In this document: positions 1 through 10,107 of the stretch, in pieces
Layout of the letters: the number at the start of each line of letters is the position of its first letter
Numbering within the stretch: position 1 is the first letter of the stretch
Assembly (NCBI GenBank): GCA_964393885.1
Contig: CAYMVV010000014.1
Location: forward strand, 8,111-72,110
DNA from: an uncultured Granulosicoccaceae bacterium
GTDB taxonomy: Bacteria; Pseudomonadota; Gammaproteobacteria; Granulosicoccales; Granulosicoccaceae
Length of the DNA stretch: 64,000 nt
Direction of reading: 5' to 3'
Translations under genes and position numbers: made by a program
The notes under the pieces: generated by a model
What the model was told of the DNA's origin: nothing
Seen by the model: only the letters and a program-made list of their open reading frames with translations
Databases searched by the model: none

Positions 1-1191
1 GATGAGCTTGCCTGCACTGAACTTTACATCTTCGTGGAATAGCCCCCAATGGACCAACCACTGAACGTTTTCAAGTGTCAGGGGTGATTCGACAAGATCG
101 GCCCTGCGTATGGATAGCAACGTCTCTTTCGTCACTGATTCAGTAATTATTTGTTGATTAATCAGTGATTGCAGACCAATGTCATCAAACACCTTGCGCT
201 TTAGCACACCAGCGCGGTGCAAATGTAGAAAGCCATTGACAAACATCTCGCTGCAGCCGTACAAACCGGTGCTAAACTCCTCATTGCCACCAGCCATATC
301 GATCAAGTGACGCACAGACTGATGTTCGCTACCCAACAGCTCGTCAATCATTGAACGATAGACTGTATTATTTTGATGACGCAGAAGCGTTGCATAGGTA
401 ATTGCATCACCCAGTGCACCTATACCAATCTGCAGAGTGCCACCATCCTTAATCAAGGTACTGGCGCGAAACCCCAACAGGTAATCCACATCACTGACCG
501 GCATGTTAGGCGCTGGAAACAGCCTGGTGTTGTAGTCATCGTTTTTAATTACATGATCAAAATAGTCTGGCGTTACCTGCGCTCTGTTGACCATAAACGG
601 CAACTCATTATGTATTTGCGCGATAACCAAAACCGGTGAATCACTTCCTGCGCGGCTTTGCATCATCTCATTCAGGTCCAGAGTAATATCTGTATTGCTC
701 GACAGGCTGAGTTGCTGCTCTCCATCAACCTCTCGACTCGCTACCATCTGAACAATCAGATTCACTCCCCTGGCATTGATGTCCCTGGCGGCAAACGTAT
801 AGTTGGTAGAAATGTAATTGGCCTGCACAGGAAATACACCGAGCATCGACCCGGCTTTAATATAGAACTCCGAGACCGTGACATTCTCGGGAAGCCGGCG
901 GGATTTGATATCCTGTAGATATTCCAGCGGCGGGTAGTCACCAAACAAGCGCTCCACAAAGGGGTTGAGAAAGCTTGCTTCGATCTCGCTTCGCGCAACT
1001 GGCCGGGCAAGCGAGAGTGCGGTTAGAATCTCCAGCTTGATATCCGGATTAGCAACTGCGCGGCGATAGAATGCATTAATCAGTTGATTGGGTTTACCCA
1101 AACCAAGCGGCGCCCCCATGACGATATGATTGCCAAGCACTGCCAGCGCCCGATCGACGCTCGCCTCTACATCATCATAATACTCTGGCAT
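1..1191 (-). CDS. Acetyl-CoA hydrolase/transferase-family protein, N-terminal ~397 aa (C-terminus lies beyond the window edge)
   Basis: Absent from the ORF track because no stop codon lies in the window. My reverse-strand translation from ATG (1191-1189) stays open to position 1: MPEYYDDVEASVDRALAVLGNHIVMGAPLGLGKPNQLINAFYRRAV...IKDGGTLQIGIGALGDAITY. These motifs resemble the CoA-transferase/acetyl-CoA hydrolase family (from memory). Confidence 0.5.
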   Translation of the reverse strand, partial: MPEYYDDVEASVDRALAVLGNHIVMGAPLGLGKPNQLINAFYRRAVANPDIKLEILTALSLARPVARSEIEASFLNPFVERLFGDYPPLEYLQDIKSRRLPENVTVSEFYIKAGSMLGVFPVQANYISTNYTFAARDINARGVNLIVQMVASREVDGEQQLSLSSNTDITLDLNEMMQSRAGSDSPVLVIAQIHNELPFMVNRAQVTPDYFDHVIKNDDYNTRLFPAPNMPVSDVDYLLGFRASTLIKDGGTLQIGIGALGDAITYATLLRHQNNTVYRSMIDELLGSEHQSVRHLIDMAGGNEEFSTGLYGCSEMFVNGFLHLHRAGVLKRKVFDDIGLQSLINQQIITESVTKETLLSIRRADLVESPLTLENVQWLVHWGLFHEDVKFSAGKLI

Positions 1192-1444
1192 GTATTTTTG
1201 GCCTCATGACATTACGCGTAAGCGCGAGCATAAAAGCGCTCACACTACCCGATGGAAAAGCCATGAGTTTAACAGCGACTACAAAGCCAATATACAGGTC
1301 AGTTTACTTTGATAAGCCGCACACGGAATCTTTTGGCTCGATCCACCTCGCCTGCGACAGGCAGCGTGCCCCGGAACCAATACCAGGGAGCATGACCAGG
1401 CGCACGACAATGCGCACGACAGGGAGCGGTTACACAAGTGTCAT

Positions 1445-1540
1445 TACTGAAGAGCGACTACTGAAGAGCCGTTGCTGAAGAGCATTAATCAAGAGCCGTT
1501 AATCAAGACCCATAATCAAGAGCCTGCAATGATCAGAGCG
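1445..1540. repeat. Degenerate ~14-bp tandem array, about 7 units
   Basis: Read directly: tactgaagagcgac, tactgaagagccgt, tgctgaagagcatt, aatcaagagccgtt, aatcaagacccat, aatcaagagcctgc, aatgatcagagcg. The last unit overlaps the stop of the 1533..2165 gene. Confidence 0.75.
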
Positions 1541-2165
1541 TTTTAGCGAGTATATCGAAACACAGCTGCTCGACTGTTTGAGACAGCGTCGTCGCCAGTG
1601 CCCCGTAGCCATCGCCCCTTTGCGGCCGACGATACTCAAACAAAAATGTGCCGAGTGTGGCTGAATTGGCCGTAGAGTGCGTGGTCCACACACCATCAAA
1701 TACAGCGCCGCCCTTACCATCTCCCTGAAAGCGGTGAATTTCGATGTCGATTCGTTGTGGCTGTCTTTCGGATGTTGTATCACTTAACACACAACGCTCA
1801 AGATGGCGCTTGATCGCAACCGCGGGCAACTCGGCCCACAGATGATAGTTCGCCCACTCTACCTTACCTTCGGTGTCGGCAGTGATGATACCTGCCTGAG
1901 CCAGATACGCGGGTACCGTTACGCGATTGATTTGTAAATCGGCTTTTTTAACCCCGACACTGCCCTGCGGTAAAACCGCGTCAGACTCAAACGGCTGGAG
2001 CGTGTAGTACTGCTGTGTGGCAGGCGCACGCGAGGTACAACCAGGCAACAGCACAAGCAGCAGGGCAAGCAACAGGACAGTCTGCAGCGCCGATGTACCT
2101 GCTCTCGCAGCTTTTCTGCGAAACGGTACCAATGATAGACACACGTACGACACCCCGGAACTCAT
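1533..2165 (-). CDS. pqiC: PqiC-like ABC-transport auxiliary lipoprotein
   Basis: 210-aa ORF with signal peptide and lipobox (LLVLLPGC). Its start overlaps the stop of the upstream MCE gene by 4 nt. Position and size fit the third gene of a pqiABC operon. Confidence 0.55.
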   Translation of the reverse strand: MSSGVSYVCLSLVPFRRKAARAGTSALQTVLLLALLLVLLPGCTSRAPATQQYYTLQPFESDAVLPQGSVGVKKADLQINRVTVPAYLAQAGIITADTEGKVEWANYHLWAELPAVAIKRHLERCVLSDTTSERQPQRIDIEIHRFQGDGKGGAVFDGVWTTHSTANSATLGTFLFEYRRPQRGDGYGALATTLSQTVEQLCFDILAKTL

Positions 2166-3766
2166 TTATAAAGGTCCGATTCTATTTCCACTCCACGTGG
2201 AATTCGATCGGCACCTTTCGGTTTTGAGAATAGGAGCTCGTTTGGTTTATTTTTTAACACGCCTGCAAGCTGATCGACCGTTTGCAGCGTTGCGCGTAGT
2301 TGTGATAGCGAATCCTGCACTGATCCATACAACGGTGCATCCGCTGAATAACCCGTTAACGCAGATCCTGCCGCCCGCAGTGTTCTCTGTGTTTCACTCA
2401 TTGTTCGCTGCAACTGCAACATCAGTTCATCAAATGGCAGTTCGTTGATGGTATCCAGCGTTGTACCCAGCTTTTCAGTAAGTGCGGTAAGACCGCCGTC
2501 CTGCGATGGCATGATCAAGCGACCGTCCTGCTCCTCGATAGTACTCTCTCCAATTGCGCCAAGTGGCTCAAGGGATACATACTGAGCACCGGTAATCAAA
2601 TTTCCCTGACGCAACGTGGCACGCAAGCCGTTGTTTACAGAGCGGGTAATACCAAGCAAGGTTCGTTCAATATTATCTTCGGTGTCCTCTCCCAACAGTC
2701 GCGCCGGCTCGATGCGCAATTCGATGGGCACAGGCGTTACCGCATTTCGTGATAACTCCTCCAGACGCGCACGGTCGAACAGATCGAGTCCTATTTTTTC
2801 AACATTACCCACCTGAATGCCCCTGAACTCTACCGGCGCACCTTCTACCAGGCCTCGCACAGAACCGCTGTACAGCATTGTCATACTGAATGAATGCAGA
2901 TAGGGAACCTGATCAATACTCTCCCGGCTCGGATATAAATCGAATTCTGTATTGTCCTCTACCGGATCACCCCGAACCGCGCCTCGTGGTATGTCAAACG
3001 ATATACCGCCAATCAGGATAGACTCCAGCGACCCGGTCGAAAGCTCAAAGCCATTGGCACGAGACTGGACTTTCACGCCACTGATATTCCAGAACCTGGA
3101 TCTGGAACTCAGCAACGTGTGATACGGGGCCTCAATAAACACCTGCGCCACCAGCAACTCGGATTCGCGGTCGAAATTTACCCCCTCTACCTGCCCGACT
3201 CGATAACCCTTGTACAACACTGGCTGACCAACATGCAGATCGCCGCCGTCATCGCTGCGTACGCGAACCCTGACTCCCGGTGCCGAAGCCGGGGAGACCG
3301 GTGGCTCTTCAGCGCCGGTAAAGGTTCGGGCTGGCTCGTCACTGACACCCTGACTAAAGTTGATAAACGCACCACTTAACAAGGTTCCTATACCGGAGAT
3401 ACCACCCGCACCAATGCGTGGTCGTACTACCCAGAAGCGTGTGTCCTCTCGCAACAATGGCAGCACCGAACGCTCTACAATCGCACGCACTACCACGGCA
3501 TCGAGTGAGTCGTTAAGCCCTACCTCTGTTACCTGTCCAACATCGATACTCAAATGCCGCACCTTGGTTTTGCCGGCGACAATCCCTTCAGCACTCTCAA
3601 AGTTCAGCACTATTTCCACACCGCGTTGCTGATAGTCGGTATAGATAAAGCACAGCCCGACGAATACCGCAAAGACCGGTATTAACCACACAGCGGAAAT
3701 ACGATTGCGACGCTTGACGCCTGCCTGCGGACGGCTGTTACTCATTGTGTAATCACTCTGTCCCAA
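2162..3766 (-). CDS. pqiB: PqiB-like MCE/MlaD-domain intermembrane transport protein
   Basis: 534-aa ORF with an N-terminal TM helix (ISAVWLIPVFAVFVGLCFIY). Repeated MCE-like segments (VGQVTEV, VGQVEGV, VGNVEKI). Follows two PqiA-family genes. The start could be the internal Met at 3745. Confidence 0.75.
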   Translation of the reverse strand: MGQSDYTMSNSRPQAGVKRRNRISAVWLIPVFAVFVGLCFIYTDYQQRGVEIVLNFESAEGIVAGKTKVRHLSIDVGQVTEVGLNDSLDAVVVRAIVERSVLPLLREDTRFWVVRPRIGAGGISGIGTLLSGAFINFSQGVSDEPARTFTGAEEPPVSPASAPGVRVRVRSDDGGDLHVGQPVLYKGYRVGQVEGVNFDRESELLVAQVFIEAPYHTLLSSRSRFWNISGVKVQSRANGFELSTGSLESILIGGISFDIPRGAVRGDPVEDNTEFDLYPSRESIDQVPYLHSFSMTMLYSGSVRGLVEGAPVEFRGIQVGNVEKIGLDLFDRARLEELSRNAVTPVPIELRIEPARLLGEDTEDNIERTLLGITRSVNNGLRATLRQGNLITGAQYVSLEPLGAIGESTIEEQDGRLIMPSQDGGLTALTEKLGTTLDTINELPFDELMLQLQRTMSETQRTLRAAGSALTGYSADAPLYGSVQDSLSQLRATLQTVDQLAGVLKNKPNELLFSKPKGADRIPRGVEIESDLYK

Positions 3767-4356
3767 ATGACCCTTTCATCAAATGCGTTGGCTGCCAGCA
3801 TCGTTGTGACCACCATTGCAGCGAACGACACGATTGCGAACCCGGGGTAGATTTGCATCACCCCGACTACCTGTACCAACCCCACCAACATCGCCACCAC
3901 AAAAACATCAACCATAGACCAGGGCCCGGCCATATGTGACATTCGGTATAGCCAGCTTTTTTTCTCAGCCTCCTCCAGTGACAGTCCCCTGCGGCTCAGG
4001 ACAAGCCAGAAGAGCACCAGCAGCTTGCCGATAGGAACAACCACACTGGCCATAAAAATAAGCACCGCGATGGGATAGGAACCGTGTTGCCACAAAGCGA
4101 TCACGCCATCAACAATGGTGCTTTCCTGCACATTACCCAGCGTTTGTACTTTCATAATGGGATATACATGTGCCGGCACCATCAGCAGTGTTGCTGTCAC
4201 CGTTAACGCCAGTGTGCGCTGAACACTTTGAGGCTTGCGCGCTCGCAGTGCGGTATTACAACGACCGCAACGGGCCTCGCTCAGTGCTTCAAAGCGATTA
4301 CAGACATGGCAGCCTTGCAAACCCATTTCCCACGCTTTGCGATGAACTTCCTTCAT
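3742..4356 (-). CDS. PqiA-family integral membrane protein (half-size, second copy)
   Basis: Start chosen at MKEVHRKAWEMGLQGCHVCNRF..., whose ATG overlaps the upstream TGA (ATGA). CxxC...CxxC zinc-ribbon-like N-terminus followed by hydrophobic helices, typical of PqiA repeats. Confidence 0.7.
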   Translation of the reverse strand: MKEVHRKAWEMGLQGCHVCNRFEALSEARCGRCNTALRARKPQSVQRTLALTVTATLLMVPAHVYPIMKVQTLGNVQESTIVDGVIALWQHGSYPIAVLIFMASVVVPIGKLLVLFWLVLSRRGLSLEEAEKKSWLYRMSHMAGPWSMVDVFVVAMLVGLVQVVGVMQIYPGFAIVSFAAMVVTTMLAANAFDERVIWDRVITQ

Positions 4357-5021
4357 ACCGTTGTTGCCGATGAGTGATCGTGAACATGGGGCAGGTCCGG
4401 TAGAATCCAGTGCCACAGCGGTGCCCGATCAAAATGCCATAGCGACACCAGTACCAACCCTGCAAACAACATATAAGCCCAGAACCCCACGCCAAACTCA
4501 AGATCTGCCAGACCAATCAATTTGCTGAGGCTGGCCAATACGCTGATGACAAAAACATCTACCATGCTCCAATGCCCGAGATGATGACTCCACTTCAGAG
4601 CCCACACGGCAGATGGTGGCACTGCCATCGAGAAATGATAGGGAATCAGCAGATAAATATTGAGCAACATCAGAATAATTGGCACAGCGACTGTCAACAC
4701 CAGAAAAACCAGCGCAATAAACGGACGCCCGTTTGCGACTAATATCTCCGGTACCTCGATCAGTGATATTTCGTGGGTAATTCCGATTGAGCCCAGACTG
4801 AGGAAAGGATATCGGTAGGACAACATCAGCATGACCAGTGAGGCCACCGCACAGGCCAGCGACACCCCTGAACCACCAAGCGATCGTACAGCTATCGGAG
4901 CGCTGCACATGGGACATTCTGCCTGCTCCCCGGCTTGCAACGCTGGTATGTCGACAATTGAATCACAGCGCTGACAGACAATCGGAGTCAGATCTCTCTC
5001 AGTTGAAGAATCAATATTCAC
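4353..5021 (-). CDS. PqiA-family integral membrane protein (half-size, first copy)
   Basis: 222-aa ORF. CQRCDS...CPMCSA cysteine pairs are followed by multiple TM helices. Paralogous in layout to the next gene. Confidence 0.7.
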   Translation of the reverse strand: MNIDSSTERDLTPIVCQRCDSIVDIPALQAGEQAECPMCSAPIAVRSLGGSGVSLACAVASLVMLMLSYRYPFLSLGSIGITHEISLIEVPEILVANGRPFIALVFLVLTVAVPIILMLLNIYLLIPYHFSMAVPPSAVWALKWSHHLGHWSMVDVFVISVLASLSKLIGLADLEFGVGFWAYMLFAGLVLVSLWHFDRAPLWHWILPDLPHVHDHSSATTV

Positions 5022-5175
5022 ATTGGCCAGTTTTACCTTATCGTCTGGATTATAGTTCCATTAAACTACTTTGCGTCATTCCCATCTACCACCTGTGTCG
5101 AATTATGAGACAAACGCTGGCCTCAAACCAACCGACGACTGATGACTACATGCACTCTCAAGACTAACTGTGCTC

Positions 5176-5997
5176 TCAAATCGTCGACACACGCGCTATT
5201 TCCTTTCCATCCTGGAGCGCCAACGCCACACCTTCGGGCAAGGGACTCCAGCCGCTCTCATCCAGCGGCACCGACGCCACCAGTATCGATTGCTGATCAG
5301 CCAGTGACACGTGGCATCCTTTGACACTCCATTCAGGTTGCTGCTGGCAGGCAACGCAATTACGTATGGAGAGCCCGGGGGCTCTGGGGTCAGAAAATCC
5401 CCCCTCCTCTTCATAAATGCGCCGATGTGCATGTACAAACAGGGCCTCACCGTCTCCATACAAAAAGTTCGCAGAACCATAGGCTGCCATCTCACGTGCA
5501 AAGTCGCTGAATACCGCAAAACGCTCCTCGACAGTCGGTGGTGCCTCACTACCCCAGATCGGTGTCATGCGGTCCATCAATGAACAAAAAGCGAGTTCGG
5601 AATCGGTATCACCGAGGGGCTTATTCGCCATTTTTCGGTGGTCGAGGTCATCGTGCAATCCGTGCAATGTGCCATTGTGGGCAAATATGTGTGTATGTCG
5701 CCCTAACGAACAACGGAATGGGTGTGTGTTGTGTAAAACCGGATCGCCAATTGTTGCCAGTCGAACATGCGCTATGACACAGCGTGACTCGATAGACTGG
5801 CTGGCGATAAAATCTACCCAGGGGCTATCACTGGCAGGCTCTGCCTCCTTGACCAGCATGGCATCCCGATCTTTAAAGTAGGCGATCCCCCAGCCGGAGT
5901 TATTTTGATAGGTAGCCCCGCCATGCAATGCAAACTCGCGTAATGAGTAGGTAACAGATGCCGGCTTTGAACTACAGACTGCAAACAGCTCGCACAT
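5176..5997 (-). CDS. Class II (Ntn) glutamine amidotransferase, YafJ-like
   Basis: 273-aa ORF beginning MCELFAV (catalytic Cys2 after Met removal), with HVRLAT...NTHPF...FAHNG motifs. Confidence 0.7.
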   Translation of the reverse strand: MCELFAVCSSKPASVTYSLREFALHGGATYQNNSGWGIAYFKDRDAMLVKEAEPASDSPWVDFIASQSIESRCVIAHVRLATIGDPVLHNTHPFRCSLGRHTHIFAHNGTLHGLHDDLDHRKMANKPLGDTDSELAFCSLMDRMTPIWGSEAPPTVEERFAVFSDFAREMAAYGSANFLYGDGEALFVHAHRRIYEEEGGFSDPRAPGLSIRNCVACQQQPEWSVKGCHVSLADQQSILVASVPLDESGWSPLPEGVALALQDGKEIARVSTI

Positions 5998-6484
5998 ATA
6001 CAGGCTCCAGAAACAGATTATTGTGGTAACAGATCAACGGATTCTTTTCATCAGTAACCCTCCAGCCTGTCACTGTAACACGCCAATACCTCCCTTTTGA
6101 GACAGCTAACCGGCTCGAAAAGTTTCGAACACCCGGCAATAGAGATGATGATTTCCCTGTTACTTCCGGACAACGCACTGTTATGTTAAAAGCGTTTCGG
6201 ACTAGCGTTTATTTGATATGAAAAACAAACCGGTCAACAGTATCTGGACGAAATAGAGCGTCAGATCGGACGTTCGAACAATGATTTGCAACGGACACGT
6301 GGCGAACCAAACAGGCAGATAGAAGACGAATGGCCATGTCTACGATGACTATGTCTATATCTATGAGGAACCCGGGAAACACTCATTTATCTGCAGTATA
6401 TGGTGTACATCGTTACCGAAGTCTTATGTGAAATTGAGTTGGCGGACCATTGCAGCCAGTCACAACCAATGAGACACTGCTCTA

Positions 6485-6928
6485 ATGGATATTATAAAAG
6501 CTAATTTACAAAATCTTTCAGACGTTGCCCGGTTATTCGATTTATACCGCCAGTTTTACGAATGCCCTCCTGATTACAATCTCGCGACCAGATTCATTAA
6601 AGAAAGAATGGAGAACTCCGAGTCGGATATATTTTTTGCAATCGATAAAAATACAGCCTGTGGATTTGTTCAGCTCTATCCTTCATTCTGTTCTGTTCAG
6701 GCGATTAAGATATATATACTCTATGATCTTTACGTAGAGGCAGACTATCGAAATTCTGGTTTGGGCGAGAAATTAATGAACAGGGCTACTCAGTGGGCCA
6801 CGGAGAACAAAGCAAATCGACTAGACCTGTTAACTGCCCATACGAATAAAATCGCACAACATCTCTACGAAAAACTCGGTTATAAAAGAGTACTGGATGA
6901 TTTCCACGCTTATTCACTGGAATTGTAA
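6485..6928 (+). CDS. GNAT-family N-acetyltransferase
   Basis: 147-aa ORF. The acetyl-CoA-binding-like segment is DYRNSGLGEKLMNRATQWA. Size is typical for GNAT. Confidence 0.7.
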   Translation: MDIIKANLQNLSDVARLFDLYRQFYECPPDYNLATRFIKERMENSESDIFFAIDKNTACGFVQLYPSFCSVQAIKIYILYDLYVEADYRNSGLGEKLMNRATQWATENKANRLDLLTAHTNKIAQHLYEKLGYKRVLDDFHAYSLEL

Positions 6929-7216
6929 CATGTGCGTGACCACTTTGGCTGATCAGTGACAGGCTAATACCTGGCGAAAAGTAATTTGAGTGCGGCGATT
7001 ACTTTATCACTCTCAGCAGCGATGTTTGCTACTTTGGTCCCGACACTGCGTCGTGGAGCGGACGCAATATCCAGTGGAAACAATCTTGTGTGGCAGTCGA
7101 ACTCAAATCCGGAATAATCCGGGCAAGGCAATTAACACAGCTCATAACCGGGCTTTTTTACTAAACCATTGCATGTGTGTATAGTTAATTTATATCGCTA
7201 TCAAGATACGGATATT

Positions 7217-7927
7217 ATGTGCTCACGACAGCTTTTACGGAAGTTTTTGATACCAACCGTCGCTGTTCTCGCGTCATGCACTGGTGGCGACGATGATTTC
7301 GATTGCCCGGTGTCACCAGACACGGTGATCACAGGACTTGGCCAAAGCACATTACTCGCGCAATCCGACGCTCAACTCGAATTTGGTCAGGTCCAATACG
7401 ATATCATTCAGATGACGCAACCGGTGCAGGCTGATCGATTCATGCTTGCGGTCGTTGCCGACGCTCAATTTGTAGCCTCCCGCACTTACGTTCCTGAGTC
7501 CCTGATCGCCCGTATAGACGCCCGTATAGGTAATTTCTTCGTGGCTAAAGCCCATGCGATTACCTGTTCCGGACCGGAGTTTTTCTCGCAACAGACTCTC
7601 GCAGACATCACAATTACCAGTGACGCCGCTGTATCGGCAGCCTATCCGGCAGGGAGCAATCTGGCTTCCGTTTTCAAAGTTCGCTCGCAATACGTATCTG
7701 CACCTTTAGACGGCGCGACCACAGATTCAATCATCGCACCAGGTCCGGGTAACAGAGAAACCATTACCCAGTACATTTCCTCACAGCCACTGGCTCCACT
7801 GTTGCTTGCAATGACTCTGGATATCGACGATCCACTGGCATCACAGCACGTGTTCACGGTTACCTACATTCTCGACGACGGCAGCATATACACAACCCAA
7901 ACTGATGCTGTCAGTATTACGCCTTGA
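7217..7927 (+). CDS. Hypothetical lipoprotein
   Basis: Start moved to MCSRQLLRKFLIPTVAVLASC (lipobox LASC). I recognise no family in the rest. Confidence 0.45.
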   Translation: MCSRQLLRKFLIPTVAVLASCTGGDDDFDCPVSPDTVITGLGQSTLLAQSDAQLEFGQVQYDIIQMTQPVQADRFMLAVVADAQFVASRTYVPESLIARIDARIGNFFVAKAHAITCSGPEFFSQQTLADITITSDAAVSAAYPAGSNLASVFKVRSQYVSAPLDGATTDSIIAPGPGNRETITQYISSQPLAPLLLAMTLDIDDPLASQHVFTVTYILDDGSIYTTQTDAVSITP

Positions 7928-7980
7928 TTGCGCATAGATATTACGCAGACACCCAACACACCAGGTTTTAGCAGACATCC

Positions 7981-8016
7981 ATTGTAGGAATAATTGTAGA
8001 ACTAATTGTAGAACTA
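7981..8016. repeat. 12-bp tandem repeat x3 (attgtaggaata, attgtagaacta, attgtagaacta)
   Basis: Read directly in the intergenic spacer between convergent genes. Confidence 0.8.
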
Positions 8017-8107
8017 TCAGTCGACATGTTGAGCCCGGGTATATTTTTGCAATAGACAAATAGTTCAGGCCGACCAAAATCCAGGAACATTGATTTTAAA
8101 GCAATGC

Positions 8108-8500
8108 CTATCCAGCAGTACGATTTTTGTAATAGGTATCCTTGTGTACAATCAAATCATTTTGATAAGTCAGTATGTCTACACTCAGGAAATCCTGCTC
8201 TTCACCCGACTTTAGCTTTGCCGTTCTTCGATATTCACAATAGGCCTTGTTACCTGCAATGTGGCAATCCAGCGTTTCCCAATGCACTCTTTCGACGCTT
8301 TCAAACAACCCTGCAAACACACTGCGAATGGCGTCTTTCCCTTCAAAACGTTTTCCATGTACATCCGGCCCGGCAGCATGATCAAACGTTGCGTTGTCTG
8401 CAAAGTACTGCATAACTGCGTCAATATCGTTGTTGTTAAACGCATCGCCAACTGCATCGACAAGATCACGCGAAACATCAGTCATAGTATTCACCTGCAA
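8108..8500 (-). CDS. SnoaL-like / NTF2-family protein
   Basis: 130-aa ORF. The pattern MQYFADNATFDHAAG...FEGKDAIRSVFAGLF...DILTYQNDLIVHKDTYYK is typical of SnoaL-like folds. Confidence 0.6.
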   Translation of the reverse strand: MQVNTMTDVSRDLVDAVGDAFNNNDIDAVMQYFADNATFDHAAGPDVHGKRFEGKDAIRSVFAGLFESVERVHWETLDCHIAGNKAYCEYRRTAKLKSGEEQDFLSVDILTYQNDLIVHKDTYYKNRTAG

Positions 8501-8514
8501 ATTCTAAAGCGTAT

Positions 8515-9396
8515 TTATTGGTTGACTAAAGCCAGCGTCTTTTTGAAAAACGGGCTCGAAGGGTTAACCAGTACATTAAGCTCATCAAAATGATCAACAT
8601 CAGGCACATGATATAGCTCCATGGTGCGATCAGCGGTATTGAAGGCTTCGTAGTACATCAGTGCCTGGCGATGGAATTCATCTGTTTCGCTACCACCAAC
8701 CACTACCAGTTGCGGTGCGTTTGTCACCGGCGGATGATTGAGCATCGGGCTTTGTGACTCTGCCTCTGCTTCATCCATCTGAATTCCTGTATTTAATCCT
8801 TCAGTTCGTCGCACAGGCTCAAGCAGACTCAGTGGTGACACCGGAATACCTGCCTTGATCAGATCAACCGGCAGCCCGTTGTTAAACGCAGGCCAGTGCG
8901 TGCCCATCATCATCTCTGTGATATGACCACCGGCAGAGTGACCCATCACAGACAGGCGATCTTTGTTGATGCCAAGCGCATCAGATTGCAAATACACATA
9001 GGCGAGCGCTTCACGCGCCTGATCTGTGATCTTTGTTAAGGTTATTTTCGGACACAGGTCATAACCAATGACAACCACATTGACACCCGCTACAACAAAC
9101 GGTGAAGCGATAAAACTATAGATAGACTTATCACCACGCTGCCAGTAACCGCCGTGGAAATAGAGCAATGTGGCGGCAGTTGAATCTGCGCAGCTGAAAA
9201 CATCAAGTCTTTGCTTTTCACCGTCGCCATAGCGGATATCAATTTTGCAATTGAGATTTTCTCTGGCAGATTCACTGTCTTTAAGCCAGCCGGGAATAAC
9301 CGTCTGTTCATAGTCCGGCCTGCCAAGGCGCAGGTTGTACTGCTGTTCAAATTCCTGTGGGCTGAATTTTTCATGAAATGTTAAATGATCGATCAT
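8515..9396 (-). CDS. Alpha/beta hydrolase (esterase/arylformamidase-like)
   Basis: 293-aa ORF with oxyanion-hole HGGYW and nucleophile elbow GHSAGGH. Confidence 0.7.
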   Translation of the reverse strand: MIDHLTFHEKFSPQEFEQQYNLRLGRPDYEQTVIPGWLKDSESARENLNCKIDIRYGDGEKQRLDVFSCADSTAATLLYFHGGYWQRGDKSIYSFIASPFVVAGVNVVVIGYDLCPKITLTKITDQAREALAYVYLQSDALGINKDRLSVMGHSAGGHITEMMMGTHWPAFNNGLPVDLIKAGIPVSPLSLLEPVRRTEGLNTGIQMDEAEAESQSPMLNHPPVTNAPQLVVVGGSETDEFHRQALMYYEAFNTADRTMELYHVPDVDHFDELNVLVNPSSPFFKKTLALVNQ

Positions 9397-9399
9397 GTC

Positions 9400-10107
9400 T
9401 TACTCTCCTTCCGAGGCACAGGCTTTTTCAAGCGCCTGCCATTCAGTCGGACTGGTTCCAAAAAAGCGCATCACATGTTGTTTATACGCCGGACGATCGC
9501 ACAAGCGCTGATACCATGCTTCTATATTTTGCAGATCAGGTCGTGCTACTTCCACATTGAAGTAACGATAAGCCACGGCACCGAGTGGAATATCGCCCAT
9601 GGTAAATTCATTACCTGCGACATAGGGCTGGCTCGCCAGATGTGAATCCAGTATCGCAAGTACATCGGCCGCTTCATCAGCAAGGGATTTTATCTTTGCC
9701 GGGTCCCGGGCTTCGGGCTGCGTACGGACAGTGGCAAAGAACAACTGAATGACTGGCGGAAATGCACGGGTACCACTCCACTCCATCCATTGATCAGCAA
9801 TAGCGCGTTGCTGCAAATCTTCAGGATACAAAGTGCCCGCTGCGTATTTGCTGCACAAATAACGCACGATCACATGTGATTCCCACAAGGCAAATCCATC
9901 ATCACGGATAGCGGGTATGAGCCGGTTGGGATTCATTTCACCGAACTCTTGCGTATCAATCTGACCGAAACTACCACCGGCCAGTTTCAGTTTGTATTCA
10001 ACGCCACACTCATTGGCAGTCCAAATGACCGGTATGACATTCGATGAATACGGCCTGCCCCAGATTTCAAGCATTGTCGGTGTACTCCTTTGCTCTTGCC
10101 GACTCAT
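9400..10107 (-). CDS. Glutathione S-transferase family protein
   Basis: 235-aa ORF. Thioredoxin-like N-domain with IPAIRDDGFALWESHVIVRYL. The start overlaps the upstream stop by 4 nt; the alternative start at MLEIWG is 10074. Confidence 0.7.
   Translation of the reverse strand: MSRQEQRSTPTMLEIWGRPYSSNVIPVIWTANECGVEYKLKLAGGSFGQIDTQEFGEMNPNRLIPAIRDDGFALWESHVIVRYLCSKYAAGTLYPEDLQQRAIADQWMEWSGTRAFPPVIQLFFATVRTQPEARDPAKIKSLADEAADVLAILDSHLASQPYVAGNEFTMGDIPLGAVAYRYFNVEVARPDLQNIEAWYQRLCDRPAYKQHVMRFFGTSPTEWQALEKACASEGE

Noticed and set aside
5998-6484. 487-bp gene-free stretch between the glutamine amidotransferase and GNAT genes. Looked for an ncRNA, a pseudogene or a small ORF (e.g. the 12-codon MKNKPVNSIWTK).
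   Set aside because: No conserved motif, repeat, terminator or credible ORF could be identified by eye, so it is left unannotated.
6990-7168. Possible hairpin-terminator or sRNA after the GNAT gene (atccggaataatccgggc ... aaccgggctttttt).
   Set aside because: The arms share only the self-complementary ccgg core. The stem preceding the T-run is not convincing.
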